Source: an uncultured archaeon (GTDB lineage Archaea > Thermoplasmatota > Penumbrarchaeia > JASLWR01). Taken from it: a DNA stretch of 64,000 nt. The stretch's first letter is position 1, and each line of letters begins with the position of its first letter. The stretch spans positions 64,686-128,685 of the forward strand of contig CAYFHS010000009.1 of NCBI GenBank assembly GCA_964342815.1, read 5' to 3'. The position numbers and the translations under genes are program-made. Below, in pieces: positions 10,869-21,549 of the stretch. A model generated the notes under the pieces. That model was not told the DNA's origin, searched no databases, and saw nothing but the letters and a program-made list of their open reading frames with translations.

Positions 10869-13800
10869 CTACTCAGAATTTAGGGAAAATAGTACATCAA
10901 GTTCCTCCATTTCCCCATTTTCTGTGAGAATGTTCGAATTGTTAATTTCTTCGTCAAGTTTAATTTCATTTTCGCTTCGATCTTGTAATAATAATGTTTT
11001 TTTCTTATCACTAGGCAGTTTAGGGATTTGGACCCCTGGTTCGGGTGAAAGAGGCGTCAAATCTTGATTTAAGCGAAAATTTGTTTCCTTCCTATTAATG
11101 TCATCAAACTCATTGGTATATTTCAGGATGAATTGGTCATCTTCCTCTATGCCTGGCTTAGATCCCCCTACTCCGGATTCGACCTCGACATCCTCACCCG
11201 TATCCTCTTTTAGCCACTGCCCAACGAATTTTCCAAGTATGTCTCGGTCACCATCGGAAATATCCTCATTTTCCAGAAGCCCCTCGAAGGAATCGAACTC
11301 ATCCCTTGTTACCCTTCCATCCTCCAATATCTCAACCACTTTCTGCCGAACGGTAACGGGAAGGTTCTTAACGGTTTTCCGCAATTGTATAAGCCTGGCA
11401 CTACCCCGGAAATCCAGAATATAATCATTTATCTTTCGCTCGAGTATCATATATTGATTATCCGTTATCTGTTCTTTGTCCATGTAATTGGTTAGGTTGG
11501 AAGAGAAGCTCTCAAGAGAGATAATCGCCTCCTCAGGTTTATCGGAGAGCTTTTTATATATATTGTCAATCTGCCGTCTCAAGCTTAAGAACTTTCCCTT
11601 TTTCTTTCTCAACCTCAGGTAGCCAAACAGGAACGCGAAACCCGATAACAATGCTATACTCAGCTCCCAGTACTCCCGGAACCATCGGCCGAGCTTTTCT
11701 TTGAACATTGGTTCTTCGGTAGGTAGTTCATCGTTTTCACCGGGTTCTTCAGGTATGATCCTTATCGTGATTGGATAGGATAACTCATAATCATCTGCAT
11801 CCCTGAAAGAAATTCTGGCCACTATACTTATGGAATAATTCTCGACGTTGATATATTCCGGTACGGATATTTCCAACCGGAAAAAAACTTCTTCTCCAGG
11901 GGATAAAACGAAAATCTTCGGTTGGAGATCCAGGGTGCCTTGAAAGATACCCGATTCCAGATCCAGCGTTACGGACTCGTTTTCATTTCCATTGTTCGTC
12001 AATGTAAAAGTGAAGTTATAATTCTTGCCTGGATTCAGATTGAATTCTGATGTATTGGTTATCACCGAGATATTCGTAATCCTTTCATAATCAAAGTCCA
12101 CTGTGAATTTCCATATCCCCGAGATACACCTGCCTTCCGAAATTCCTTTTCTCGGTATTACGTACCAGTAGTACGTTTCTCCGTCTATTAGACCGGTTAT
12201 GTGATAACTAACATTTTCTGAGTTGGTTCCATTTATTTGAATTACATCCATGGAAGTCCATAGAGGATAAGAGCCGAAATATAGCAAGTATTCGACATTG
12301 CGATATATTCCATCATAATGCCATATCAGGGTTGTGTTTGTAGTATTCACTTTAGTACCATCGACAGGTATGTATAATTCCACATCCGGTATCAAAGATT
12401 CCTGATCTATAAAAAATTGTGAGTACCCGTTAATACATGTACCAATATCAACTCCGTCGTTACCGAGCACGGTCCAGTAATAGACACTGTGATTCAAATC
12501 AAGTTTAAGGTAACTTTTATTCGTGATATGGAGAGCCGAGGCGGCTCTCTCCTTTATCTCCGACAAGAATCTGGAAACATAGACATAGAAGATGGGTTCT
12601 TCGGGGCCGTCTTTATCCTCGTAGTACCAATTAAATGTCGTTTTGTTATCGGCCAGCATAGTCCCATTGACTGGAAAGAGCATGGTGGTCAATGGAGGAT
12701 CATTTACAGGTAGAGTCGAAATATTAAAAGAGGTGTTCGAATAAAGAGAACTGTTCCCTCTTTGGTAAACCGTGAGTTTGACCTGGGCTTCACCCGACCA
12801 GTTTTCTGCGGGTCTAATTACCATTGTCTTATTGGAAATATGTATGGAAATATTTGCGTTATCAATGCTATGCTGGAACCAGAAATCATCTTTCTCAGCA
12901 TCCACCACATGATCGAATAGATCCACAGGTGTCGAATTGTGATCCTCCTCTATGACAATGTCCGGAATTGAATGCGTCCACATTGGTCGGTCGTCCACAT
13001 CGGTGACATTAACCCAAAATATATTTGAGACCTCAACAGCTCCCTTTTCATTTATACATGTAACAAGAAAGCGCTCCATCCCCGTCCAGTTCTGAAAGTT
13101 CGACCGTAACAGCAGCGAAGAACCGTTCATCTCTGCGGCTATCTTCGGATTAGTTACAAGATTCTGAACTGTATAATTTAGAGTAAGCGGTGGGATGTTG
13201 GCATCCTGAAAATGTTTATCGAGATCCATTTTAAACGAGGTATCTTCCTCGAATGAGACATTGGTAATATTTCTTACCAGTAATGGAATGTGGAAGATGA
13301 TCCTATCACTCCAGTTAATGCCCCACCAAAATAGTACCGGGGCATCAAAGCCGTCTGATTGAAATTCCGCAAATAAATATACCGACGGATGGGCCAAAGG
13401 ATCGGTTTGATTCGCCCAATTAAATGGTTGGGGCTTCTTACCGTCATCCATTAAAAGGATCTCATCTGTTTCTGCGTCACGAATGGAGATGTTAAGATAA
13501 CAGTTCGTCGGAATATATCTTTTAAAATAGAGAAAGTCCAGAGTATGATTTTTTGGTGTCGTTATTGTATTGGAACGAAGGGTTGCATTTAAGCACACCC
13601 GATTTGAGATGGCAAGTATTTCCCGGGATGATAGAGTTCTATCAAGGATCAAGATCTCATCCAGGGATCCTTTTAGATGGTCAGTTTCGGTATAACTTGC
13701 GGCTCCCATTCTCAGGGAATTGTTGTTAAATATACTCGACAAGCCGTGTTTCACGGACGTGACCACGGGTATTCCATCAACGTACAGTACACTCACTCCA

Positions 13801-15527
13801 CCCTGGGAATCCCAAGTACCAACTATACTGTGCCATTCGTCGTCTCTCAAGTCTAAATTGCCAATCACACGGCACTCGTCAGTCCCATCACCCACTTTAA
13901 AAAAAGGATTTCCCTCGGCATCCAGCGCCAGGACATATCCTTGTTTAGCCCCACTCCTCTTGTCCACGATAATCTGCTGTTCGCCAGTCGCTTCGGATGT
14001 ATTTACCCACGCAGAAATGGATAGATCTTCCACAGGATTTATCCCTTTATTGTGCGGGACCTCTAGGAAATCATTAATACCGTCGAACTCCAGTGAATAG
14101 TCCATAACACCTTCTGTCCAGTTCGCCCCCCGGATGATGGCGGTGTTCCCATTTCCGCTTGCATCCCCCACGGAAAAGTCGATCCCTTCGTCGAAATGCC
14201 ACAGGGCTAGTGTATCATTGTCTGGAATATATTCGTTCGGAGCCAGATGAATACTGGAGTGAGAGAGTCGATAATCCCCTTCCGCATTGCTTTTTGTATT
14301 GCCCAAGAAACTATCGCTCATTGTTTTTGTTGAGTTCCATTCCACTCCCCAAGATTCCAGAATGGCTGTGTTCTCTCCGTTTCCAGAGAACCATGCTTCC
14401 AATCTGATTGAAGGCACGGGAAGATTCTTTAATGTCAGGGTGCTCATGGAATGGTTCTCGTATCCCTCGATGACCTCATTATAGAACACATCGATAACGG
14501 ATATATTGATGTATGTCTTCCGACCCTCTGATTTATTCACATGGATGGATTCCCAGCAGGCGTTTATTGGTAGATTTATAGTCTCCGATATGATTCGACC
14601 GACGTCATGATAACGTTTAGAATGTTCCATTATCCGCTCGGGGATAAGGGGGATGTTGTAAGTGGCTACCTCGTCAACGTCACCCTTGAAGAATCTTGCA
14701 GTTCCTAGAATATTCTCTGCCCCTATGGTTAGATTCGCACCCCAACCCCCCGAGCACGTTTTGGAGGTGGCGTTGTCAAGTATACCGTTGACGTATATCT
14801 CTTGTACCGTTTCACTCCAGGTCACTGCAATGTGGTACCATTCTCCCGATATCCAGTTATCCCTCTGGGAGATCAAGTCTGAGGAGACTGAAGAATTGGG
14901 ACTTATACGAAAATACAGCCTGCTGTCGTCCAACTCACCGGAGAAATTCCCGAACCCAATGTAGTTCCTGCCGCTGCTGATCAAGGATTCTCTTAAAGGT
15001 CGATCTGCGTCAATATTATTCCCGGGTGTGAACCAGAATTCTATCGTTCCATTATCCAAAAAGGTGTTATTTTTTATATCGATATAATCATCCTGACCGT
15101 CGAATGTGAGTGACTTCTTCTTTATACCGTTGGTCCAGCTCGCTCCGTGGGCGGTGCCTGTGTGAGCAAGACCGCTGGCATCCAAAACGGTATTTCCCAA
15201 TCCTTCGTTGAAGTGCCATAGCCCGGTGCAGTTTGGGTCGGGATTTAGTTCATAATCCGAAAGGACAATCCGACCAAGGGCATTCTTGGTGTTTTCAGTG
15301 TGTTCAACACCTTCGTCAAATCCAAAATCATCGAACCAAGAACCACCACCAAAAGCGTCATTTTCGATACAATCCCTCTGCCGTTCTACTTCATTGCAAA
15401 AAAAGTCCCTTTCGTCTAATCGCCGGATAACCTTTGTATCAAGTTGGGATGTCCCGTTGGACACTAACGGGACAAATAGAAGCAACAGAAGCAGTATTTG
15501 GATGCAAAACACTGTAAAACGTCGCAT
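10869..15527 (-). CDS. Large membrane-anchored surface protein with two LamG-like jellyroll domains and Ig/cadherin-like modules
   Basis: Signal peptide; GLWHFNEG...SLTFDG...WYHIAVTW...F.GDVDEVA repeated twice; C-terminal TM (LSIALLSGFAFLFGYL-RLRKKK) and cytoplasmic tail. Confidence 0.85.
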   Translation of the reverse strand: MRRFTVFCIQILLLLLLFVPLVSNGTSQLDTKVIRRLDERDFFCNEVERQRDCIENDAFGGGSWFDDFGFDEGVEHTENTKNALGRIVLSDYELNPDPNCTGLWHFNEGLGNTVLDASGLAHTGTAHGASWTNGIKKKSLTFDGQDDYIDIKNNTFLDNGTIEFWFTPGNNIDADRPLRESLISSGRNYIGFGNFSGELDDSRLYFRISPNSSVSSDLISQRDNWISGEWYHIAVTWSETVQEIYVNGILDNATSKTCSGGWGANLTIGAENILGTARFFKGDVDEVATYNIPLIPERIMEHSKRYHDVGRIISETINLPINACWESIHVNKSEGRKTYINISVIDVFYNEVIEGYENHSMSTLTLKNLPVPSIRLEAWFSGNGENTAILESWGVEWNSTKTMSDSFLGNTKSNAEGDYRLSHSSIHLAPNEYIPDNDTLALWHFDEGIDFSVGDASGNGNTAIIRGANWTEGVMDYSLEFDGINDFLEVPHNKGINPVEDLSISAWVNTSEATGEQQIIVDKRSGAKQGYVLALDAEGNPFFKVGDGTDECRVIGNLDLRDDEWHSIVGTWDSQGGVSVLYVDGIPVVTSVKHGLSSIFNNNSLRMGAASYTETDHLKGSLDEILILDRTLSSREILAISNRVCLNATLRSNTITTPKNHTLDFLYFKRYIPTNCYLNISIRDAETDEILLMDDGKKPQPFNWANQTDPLAHPSVYLFAEFQSDGFDAPVLFWWGINWSDRIIFHIPLLVRNITNVSFEEDTSFKMDLDKHFQDANIPPLTLNYTVQNLVTNPKIAAEMNGSSLLLRSNFQNWTGMERFLVTCINEKGAVEVSNIFWVNVTDVDDRPMWTHSIPDIVIEEDHNSTPVDLFDHVVDAEKDDFWFQHSIDNANISIHISNKTMVIRPAENWSGEAQVKLTVYQRGNSSLYSNTSFNISTLPVNDPPLTTMLFPVNGTMLADNKTTFNWYYEDKDGPEEPIFYVYVSRFLSEIKERAASALHITNKSYLKLDLNHSVYYWTVLGNDGVDIGTCINGYSQFFIDQESLIPDVELYIPVDGTKVNTTNTTLIWHYDGIYRNVEYLLYFGSYPLWTSMDVIQINGTNSENVSYHITGLIDGETYYWYVIPRKGISEGRCISGIWKFTVDFDYERITNISVITNTSEFNLNPGKNYNFTFTLTNNGNENESVTLDLESGIFQGTLDLQPKIFVLSPGEEVFFRLEISVPEYINVENYSISIVARISFRDADDYELSYPITIRIIPEEPGENDELPTEEPMFKEKLGRWFREYWELSIALLSGFAFLFGYLRLRKKKGKFLSLRRQIDNIYKKLSDKPEEAIISLESFSSNLTNYMDKEQITDNQYMILERKINDYILDFRGSARLIQLRKTVKNLPVTVRQKVVEILEDGRVTRDEFDSFEGLLENEDISDGDRDILGKFVGQWLKEDTGEDVEVESGVGGSKPGIEEDDQFILKYTNEFDDINRKETNFRLNQDLTPLSPEPGVQIPKLPSDKKKTLLLQDRSENEIKLDEEINNSNILTENGEMEELDVLFSLNSE

Positions 15528-15894
15528 ATTTTCACCAGTAGGCCATCATTTCATGGAAAAAATGTGAAACCCGGTTGATTCATATGAAGTGAACCAATCC
15601 CCATCTCCTTGGACACATAGGAATATTGAAGCTCATGTATTAATGGAAACCATCCTTTATAAATATCACTACGACTCTGTATAATATATACTGCATAAAG
15701 AGATTTTGACAATATCCCTGCTTTAAAACGATTCAAACATTAACTCACATTATTGAAAAGGGTTTTTTTTAGCAAACATTTTAGTATAAGGAGTTTCAAT
15801 GTATTCATTGGAGAACAAAATTTGTGTTCTCTAATATGTTTATTAATTAACTTATTTTATTTAGGATGTTACTAATAAATGGAGGAAAATAATC

Positions 15895-16656
15895 ATGCCA
15901 GACTGTGAACATTATGATACTGTCTATGTAGCTGTGTACGATCAATGGTACTGCAGAGACTGTCGTTCCTACATGCCTAGGGGATGGTTGCCGGAACATA
16001 TAGAATGTCCGTACTGCCACCAAAACGATACTAAGTACATCGAACGATACGACAGATATTTCTGCAAGATTTGTGGGATTTATCTACCTGAAGGATATGG
16101 TCCGCCAAGGGAAAAACTGCAAGAGGAAGGCTACTCGGATGGGGATCCGACCGTCCCAGATCCTGCCGACCCCTCACCAGCTGAGGATAAATGCATTTTC
16201 TGCTATGGACCCTTGTTGTATATATCCGAATTAAAACAGTATCGGTGCGATTTTTGTGAGGCGTATATGCCCAAAGGTTACGCAGGTCCAGATCCAGGTC
16301 CAGATACCTATATTGATAAATGTCCATATTGCGGGGGAACGAACATTGTGGAGATCCCAAGATACCACCAATTGTTTTGCAGGGATTGTAATACGTATCT
16401 GCCAAAAGGAACAGTCTTTCAACCACCGGGAGGAGGGAATGTCCTACGAGAAGATGCAGAACCTGGTCCTTTTGTGTACGATGCGGGTGGAGAGAAGATC
16501 GAATTCGATAATCTCATCCCTATGAGCGATCTCAACATGCAAGGATGTGGGAAGCAGAAATACCATCATGGTCCAATTGTATATGTACTAAAGTACAAGC
16601 AGTATTACTGCGAGAACTGCAATCACTTCACAAATATCGGATGGAAACCCATATAG
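15895..16656 (+). CDS. Soluble protein of tandem zinc-ribbon repeats
   Basis: Five CxxC/variant...[YFW]xCxxC units, four followed by xxY[ML]PxG; no TM or signal peptide. Confidence 0.75.
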   Translation: MPDCEHYDTVYVAVYDQWYCRDCRSYMPRGWLPEHIECPYCHQNDTKYIERYDRYFCKICGIYLPEGYGPPREKLQEEGYSDGDPTVPDPADPSPAEDKCIFCYGPLLYISELKQYRCDFCEAYMPKGYAGPDPGPDTYIDKCPYCGGTNIVEIPRYHQLFCRDCNTYLPKGTVFQPPGGGNVLREDAEPGPFVYDAGGEKIEFDNLIPMSDLNMQGCGKQKYHHGPIVYVLKYKQYYCENCNHFTNIGWKPI

Positions 16657-16697
16657 TTGGAAGAAATGCCTCTGTCATATACTCTTCCAATATGTTC

Positions 16698-18248
16698 TCA
16701 TACTTTCAATGGCACCAGCAACTTCCGAATCCCTTCCCCGGTCACCTCGCTCGCCGTTTCGATCCCCGCCTGAATAGCACCCATCACTCCGTGGAAGCCA
16801 GCATTGGCCCCGGTCAACCAAACATTCTTCATTGGATGATACCAGGGAGGTTTGCCCACGAACCAGTTATCCGTTGTCCGGGCAAATCCGTAGGAACCTC
16901 CAAGCTTGTTCAAAGTGTACCGGTACTGAGTAAATGGAGTGGCTACTTCGATATATTTTGCTCTCTCGGTTATTCCGGGAAAAATCTTTTCCACTTCCTT
17001 TAATAATCGTTTTTCGATCCTCTTCTTAAGTTTTATGTAATCCTCGGTCCTCTTCTTCCCAGTCATCGACATATACGGCTTGAAATGCTTATAATGCACT
17101 ATCCCGAGAACAGTGACCGAGGGCATGACTTTACCCTTCCCAAGTGGATGAGATTCCGGGTTCTTTCTGTAGCTGACGGAGGTGAAAGTGGATAATTTCT
17201 CCGGTAGTATCTCCCGTTTCATATCGCGGTGGATCTCATCGAAATCATAGCCGGGATAGCTCCATATATTGCAGCTCTTCCATTTCCAGCGCTCGGGAAC
17301 GGAACTGAGACCAATGTGAAGATGTATCATTGATGCTGATGGCTCCGTCCTTTTCACGATCTCAATTAATTTCTTTTTTACGGGAGCTCCGGCAAGTAAT
17401 CTTTCGAATCCGTCCCATAGATCCCCGGCCATCACAACTGCCCTTCCCATAATCTTCTCGCCGTCCGCCAGCACCACACCGGTTGCGCGCCGCGATTCAG
17501 TGAGGACTTTTACAACCTCGCATTTTGTTCGAACGGCACCTCCGAATTTCACTAGCGCAGCGGCGAAGGCTTTCGATATGGTTCCGGTCCCTCCGCTTGG
17601 ATACCATCCACCTTCGTGGTAGTGAGCGGTTCCTCCGAGGCTAACGAACAAGGGTACGCGGGACGGCGGCTCCCCGTGTATCCCCCACTGGGCTCCCATT
17701 ACCGCTTTGAGTCGAACATCTGAGCTAAGACTATCGAGATAATCCTTGAGTGAAACTTTCATATACGGAACCAACCGAGTATATTTAAAGGGAAAACCCA
17801 GATAGAAACCAGCGGTCCGCCCGTATCGTATATGCTCCGAAAGAGAAACAAATTTTTTCAGTGTTATTATATACTTTTCGATCCCTTTTTTCTCCCTGGG
17901 AAAATTTTCCAGCAGGCGATACCTTAATGCGTCGGGTGTTGAGGGAACGTGAAATTCCAGATCGGGAAACCGGTAGACGTCGAATCCCTCAGAATCCATT
18001 GGAGCCACAGTCACCATATCCCTTACACCCAGTGCGGTAAAAATCTCGCGGAAAATATTCGGTGTACCAAGATAATGGACCGCACTGTCGAAATGATATT
18101 TTCCCCGTCGGTAATCGGTGCAGTATCCCCCGGGAATCTTGTGTCTCTCAAGAACCAGGACCGATCTGCCGGTCTTCGCCATAAAGGAACCGGCAGCTAG
18201 ACCCCCCAGACCGCCGCCAACAATAATAATATCGTACATCTCAGTCAT
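16698..18248 (-). CDS. FAD-dependent oxidoreductase, phytoene dehydrogenase/CrtI-like superfamily
   Basis: GGGLGGL Rossmann motif, LERHKIPGGYC, ATPFT...GGSYG, C-terminal G...GHGVMGA-like segment. Confidence 0.85.
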   Translation of the reverse strand: MTEMYDIIIVGGGLGGLAAGSFMAKTGRSVLVLERHKIPGGYCTDYRRGKYHFDSAVHYLGTPNIFREIFTALGVRDMVTVAPMDSEGFDVYRFPDLEFHVPSTPDALRYRLLENFPREKKGIEKYIITLKKFVSLSEHIRYGRTAGFYLGFPFKYTRLVPYMKVSLKDYLDSLSSDVRLKAVMGAQWGIHGEPPSRVPLFVSLGGTAHYHEGGWYPSGGTGTISKAFAAALVKFGGAVRTKCEVVKVLTESRRATGVVLADGEKIMGRAVVMAGDLWDGFERLLAGAPVKKKLIEIVKRTEPSASMIHLHIGLSSVPERWKWKSCNIWSYPGYDFDEIHRDMKREILPEKLSTFTSVSYRKNPESHPLGKGKVMPSVTVLGIVHYKHFKPYMSMTGKKRTEDYIKLKKRIEKRLLKEVEKIFPGITERAKYIEVATPFTQYRYTLNKLGGSYGFARTTDNWFVGKPPWYHPMKNVWLTGANAGFHGVMGAIQAGIETASEVTGEGIRKLLVPLKV

Positions 18249-18278
18249 TGGATCAACCGGTTATAAGTTTCGTTCCAT

Positions 18279-19508
18279 TCAGCCCCACAGCAGTTTCTTT
18301 TTCCCTTCCTTGAACTCGGCATCGTCGATATATCCCTTTTCTTTCATCTCGACCAGTTTTTCAAGACGCCCCACCACATCACCTCCTTCATCGTCGGGAG
18401 GGCTCTCTCCTTTTACGGATCCTGCGGGTGCTTTCTTTTCTTTTTCTTTCGCCTTTGCAGCTTTTTTGCTGACTGCCGGAACAGGTTTCGCCTGGACGTC
18501 GGCCGTTCTTTCCAGAGAAGCGGATGAAACTTTATCCTCACTTTTTGCGGGTTTCGTTTCGAGTTTATCCCCGGCGCCTGATTCCAAGGATTCACTCTCA
18601 TTATCTGTTTGTTGTATTTTTTCGGCTTCTGCATTGTCAGATTGAATCTTGATCGCTCGAATCACTTTCTTCTTTTTCACCTTCGGTTTTGAGAGAGCAT
18701 CTTCGAATCGCAAAAACTGCTGGAAAAGATGCTCGAGTATCTCCTTTATATTGTCCCGTTTCATCCCGTCAGTAACCTCGATCATCTCATTCAATAGCGG
18801 TTTGATGGCGTTTTCACGACATCCCATGAGAGCACCCTTGGCGGCATCGCGAACTTCCTCCTGAGTCTCATCACTACCCAATCGTCCCATCAGGGGTTCG
18901 ATGGTTTTCGAGGATTTGAATCTTCCCAATGCAGTGGCGGCAACTTCCCTAACTTGTTCATTCTTGTCTTTCAACGCTTCAATAAGAGGAGCTTCAGCTC
19001 GATCATCCATCAATCTTCCAAGTGCCCTTACTGCAGTTTTGCGGACGTTTTGATCGGGGTCCCGGATCATCTTTATGAGAGGTTCAACCGCCTTTTTATC
19101 ACCCAGAACCTCTAATAATGAAACGACCTGCCACCTGACACTTCGGTCCTTGTCCTCCAGCAGTTGTATTAGGGGGTCCACTGCACGAGGTTCATGTGCA
19201 AGAGCCTCCTGAGCTGCCTGACGGACCAGTTTGTCCTTGTCTTTTAGAGCTTCGATCAACGGCTCGATGGCCCTTTTATCACCAAATTTTTCAAGAGCTT
19301 CGGCAGCGGCTTTTTGCACTCTCCATTCACGGTCGTTTCGGAGAAGTTCGATCAGAGGCCTGACCACACGGGGATTACCCGTATCCCCAATAATCGTCAC
19401 TGCTTTTTCCCTCACCATCATATTCTCATCCTGTAACAACGTCAGAAGTCCGTCAATATCCTTTCCGTTCAAAATCCGGTCGATCTCCTCTACTACTGGA
19501 CTACCCAT
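18279..19508 (-). CDS. HEAT/PBS-lyase repeat protein with C-terminal SHOCT-like domain
   Basis: Repeated LxDxxxxVRxxAAxALG; charged linker; LEKLVEMKEKGYIDDAEFKEGKKKLL. Confidence 0.85.
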   Translation of the reverse strand: MGSPVVEEIDRILNGKDIDGLLTLLQDENMMVREKAVTIIGDTGNPRVVRPLIELLRNDREWRVQKAAAEALEKFGDKRAIEPLIEALKDKDKLVRQAAQEALAHEPRAVDPLIQLLEDKDRSVRWQVVSLLEVLGDKKAVEPLIKMIRDPDQNVRKTAVRALGRLMDDRAEAPLIEALKDKNEQVREVAATALGRFKSSKTIEPLMGRLGSDETQEEVRDAAKGALMGCRENAIKPLLNEMIEVTDGMKRDNIKEILEHLFQQFLRFEDALSKPKVKKKKVIRAIKIQSDNAEAEKIQQTDNESESLESGAGDKLETKPAKSEDKVSSASLERTADVQAKPVPAVSKKAAKAKEKEKKAPAGSVKGESPPDDEGGDVVGRLEKLVEMKEKGYIDDAEFKEGKKKLLWG

Positions 19509-19689
19509 TTATCAAGCGCCTCCGCGATTTCTCTATTCTGTAAGTATCATCAATTTTAAGCAAAACCAATTCCACCATTATTCTCAAACCACATTGATAT
19601 TATATGCTATTTTGATTTTTCTGATGTTTTTCATCATCCCAGAAAAGCACAGGGAAAATCATCACAAAAATATTCGGTTTTTCATAAAC

Positions 19690-20877
19690 CTAATAATCGA
19701 AATCCTCGTAACCATGAAAATTTAACTTGTTTGATATCCGTGTTGAATCTGGTTCCGTTACGGAACCGCACCTGTCGCACCACCCGTCATCGTACAAAGC
19801 AGTGTTCCTGAGCTTGGAGGAGCAGTAGGGGCAACGAGCCTGATCTGTCTGGGATCTATTCTCAATACTCCGGTTGAACACATTGTCATTAGAGGGATCG
19901 TAAAAGAACGAGCCGGGATTCTCCCTGGTCAATAAACTATCTGGATCAGATTGACTCCTAGTCTCAAAATCGTCTGGAGTATATTGCGGCCCGGTCCTCG
20001 ACTGAAAGAAATCTTCTGATCGGTTCTTTCTGTGGGCCGCCATGTTCCTGCTGAGCAAGCGATAGATCAAAAATATCAAAATAATAATGCAGACCACAAG
20101 CAAAGCGAACCTCTCGGGGTATTGGTCAATGAATTTTTCCAGCAAAGAAGCCACATCATCATCGGCCATGGGATCATACTGTTCACCCGTGAACTCCACT
20201 ACCCTCATTTCGGAAGTTTCGTATTCCGGGGGCAAGTCTCCGATCTTCCAGTCGAGTCCGGTAGTCTCGGCATAATAATAGTTTTTTCCATCGTGACTCA
20301 CGTAAGAGCCTGAAAGCCCTTCTCCACTGACACCGACGCCCATATGACCAGGATTTTCGAGGGTTCCCGGAATAACCAAAAGAACTGCATCATAACCCAT
20401 CAGGATAACCATTGTAGCGAATAATATGGAACTATCCTCGCAATCTCCTCCCATATCGGCAAGAGTTTCCAGAGGGAACCTCGGATATTCATCATATCCG
20501 GTAGTAACCTTATCGGAAGTGTATTCCAGGCTTTGAACGAACGATAAGACGAAACTTAGCTCGGTCTGACCGGTATAGCCCTTTTTTTGGCTTGCATTTC
20601 CAAAACGCTCGGCTGTCTTGAACAGAGTTTCGTCCTTGGTTGTGATCATATAGCCGTAATTCCTTCTCTTACTTTTGGAAAACTCTCGGTATCCATTAAG
20701 TCGGTCCATAGAAATATTCAGGTCCCAACTCCACTTAGCAGGTGGAAAACCGGATTCCTTGAATTCCCAATCGTAATGCTGTATGAAGTAATTCCCGGAT
20801 GCGCTTATTGGCATGGAAGAAAGAACGAGAGTAGTAACGAGGAGGGTACAAAACATGTGACTAAAATATTTTCTCAA
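19690..20877 (-). CDS. Membrane-anchored transglutaminase-like protein with cytoplasmic zinc ribbon
   Basis: Signal peptide; GGDCEDSSIL...HMGVGV...YYYAETT; TM FALLVVCIIILIFLIY; CPYC...CDRC. Confidence 0.75.
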   Translation of the reverse strand: MRKYFSHMFCTLLVTTLVLSSMPISASGNYFIQHYDWEFKESGFPPAKWSWDLNISMDRLNGYREFSKSKRRNYGYMITTKDETLFKTAERFGNASQKKGYTGQTELSFVLSFVQSLEYTSDKVTTGYDEYPRFPLETLADMGGDCEDSSILFATMVILMGYDAVLLVIPGTLENPGHMGVGVSGEGLSGSYVSHDGKNYYYAETTGLDWKIGDLPPEYETSEMRVVEFTGEQYDPMADDDVASLLEKFIDQYPERFALLVVCIIILIFLIYRLLSRNMAAHRKNRSEDFFQSRTGPQYTPDDFETRSQSDPDSLLTRENPGSFFYDPSNDNVFNRSIENRSQTDQARCPYCSSKLRNTALYDDGWCDRCGSVTEPDSTRISNKLNFHGYEDFDY

Positions 20878-20967
20878 TATTTACACCTGTGGCATTATAG
20901 CGTTATTTTGGGATTTCAACGTTACGTACTTTTTAGAATTGAAAGAGAATCAACCAGATGAGCATAT

Positions 20968-21549
20968 TTAGATCCTCTCGGTTTCGTCGAACGGGATGCT
21001 GAAATCGAAAAATGACAGTGACAAGTAAACATTTCCCGCGGTCCTTAAAAATATTGTCTCGCTATCGATAATCTTTGCAGTCTTTACTGGTGATGGCAGG
21101 TCGCGTAAGTAGAAATCGACAGTGATGTCCACCTTTCCATTGCCCGGTACTTCGAATGGCTTTTCTACGGAAAAATCCCCAATAAAATCATTTTCTTGAG
21201 GATCGTCGTTATCGCTCAGGTACGCTTTTCCTTTCACCTTGTCAATTACCGCACCCATAACATTATCGTTGATTACGGTTAAATCCATTTCGATGTGCAG
21301 ACTCGTAGGTAGGTCTATTAAGATACCGTCATCCCAACCAATACCTACAATTCTCATCGATTTGATCTCAATTTCGGGTTTGGACGGATAGAGGAATACA
21401 GCAGCCAAAGTGAGTCCAACAAGTAAAAATATAATGATCGAAAGAAAAATATATTTCTTTTTTTTCGAGCCGCTTTTCCGTATTCTGGTGCCAGATCCGA
21501 TAGGTTCTTCTTGATTACTATCCTCTTGAGATATCTCATTATCTTCCAG
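20968..21549 (-). CDS. LEA_2-like single-TM protein, probable CTG start
   Basis: The frame of ORF 20968-21408 stays open upstream through KKKK plus a TM helix to an in-frame TAG. The only start-like codon placed after an SD is CTG at 21549, 4 nt after GGTGA. The body (IEMDLTVINDN...VPGNGKVDITV) is LEA_2-like. Confidence 0.7.
   Translation of the reverse strand: MEDNEISQEDSNQEEPIGSGTRIRKSGSKKKKYIFLSIIIFLLVGLTLAAVFLYPSKPEIEIKSMRIVGIGWDDGILIDLPTSLHIEMDLTVINDNVMGAVIDKVKGKAYLSDNDDPQENDFIGDFSVEKPFEVPGNGKVDITVDFYLRDLPSPVKTAKIIDSETIFLRTAGNVYLSLSFFDFSIPFDETERI

Noticed and set aside
15811-15831. Inverted repeat GAGAACA-N7-TGTTCTC between divergent genes
   Set aside because: Short single instance in AT-rich DNA; cannot be distinguished from chance without comparative data
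16698-18248. Carotenoid biosynthesis cluster
   Set aside because: No phytoene synthase, GGPP synthase or cyclase in the window
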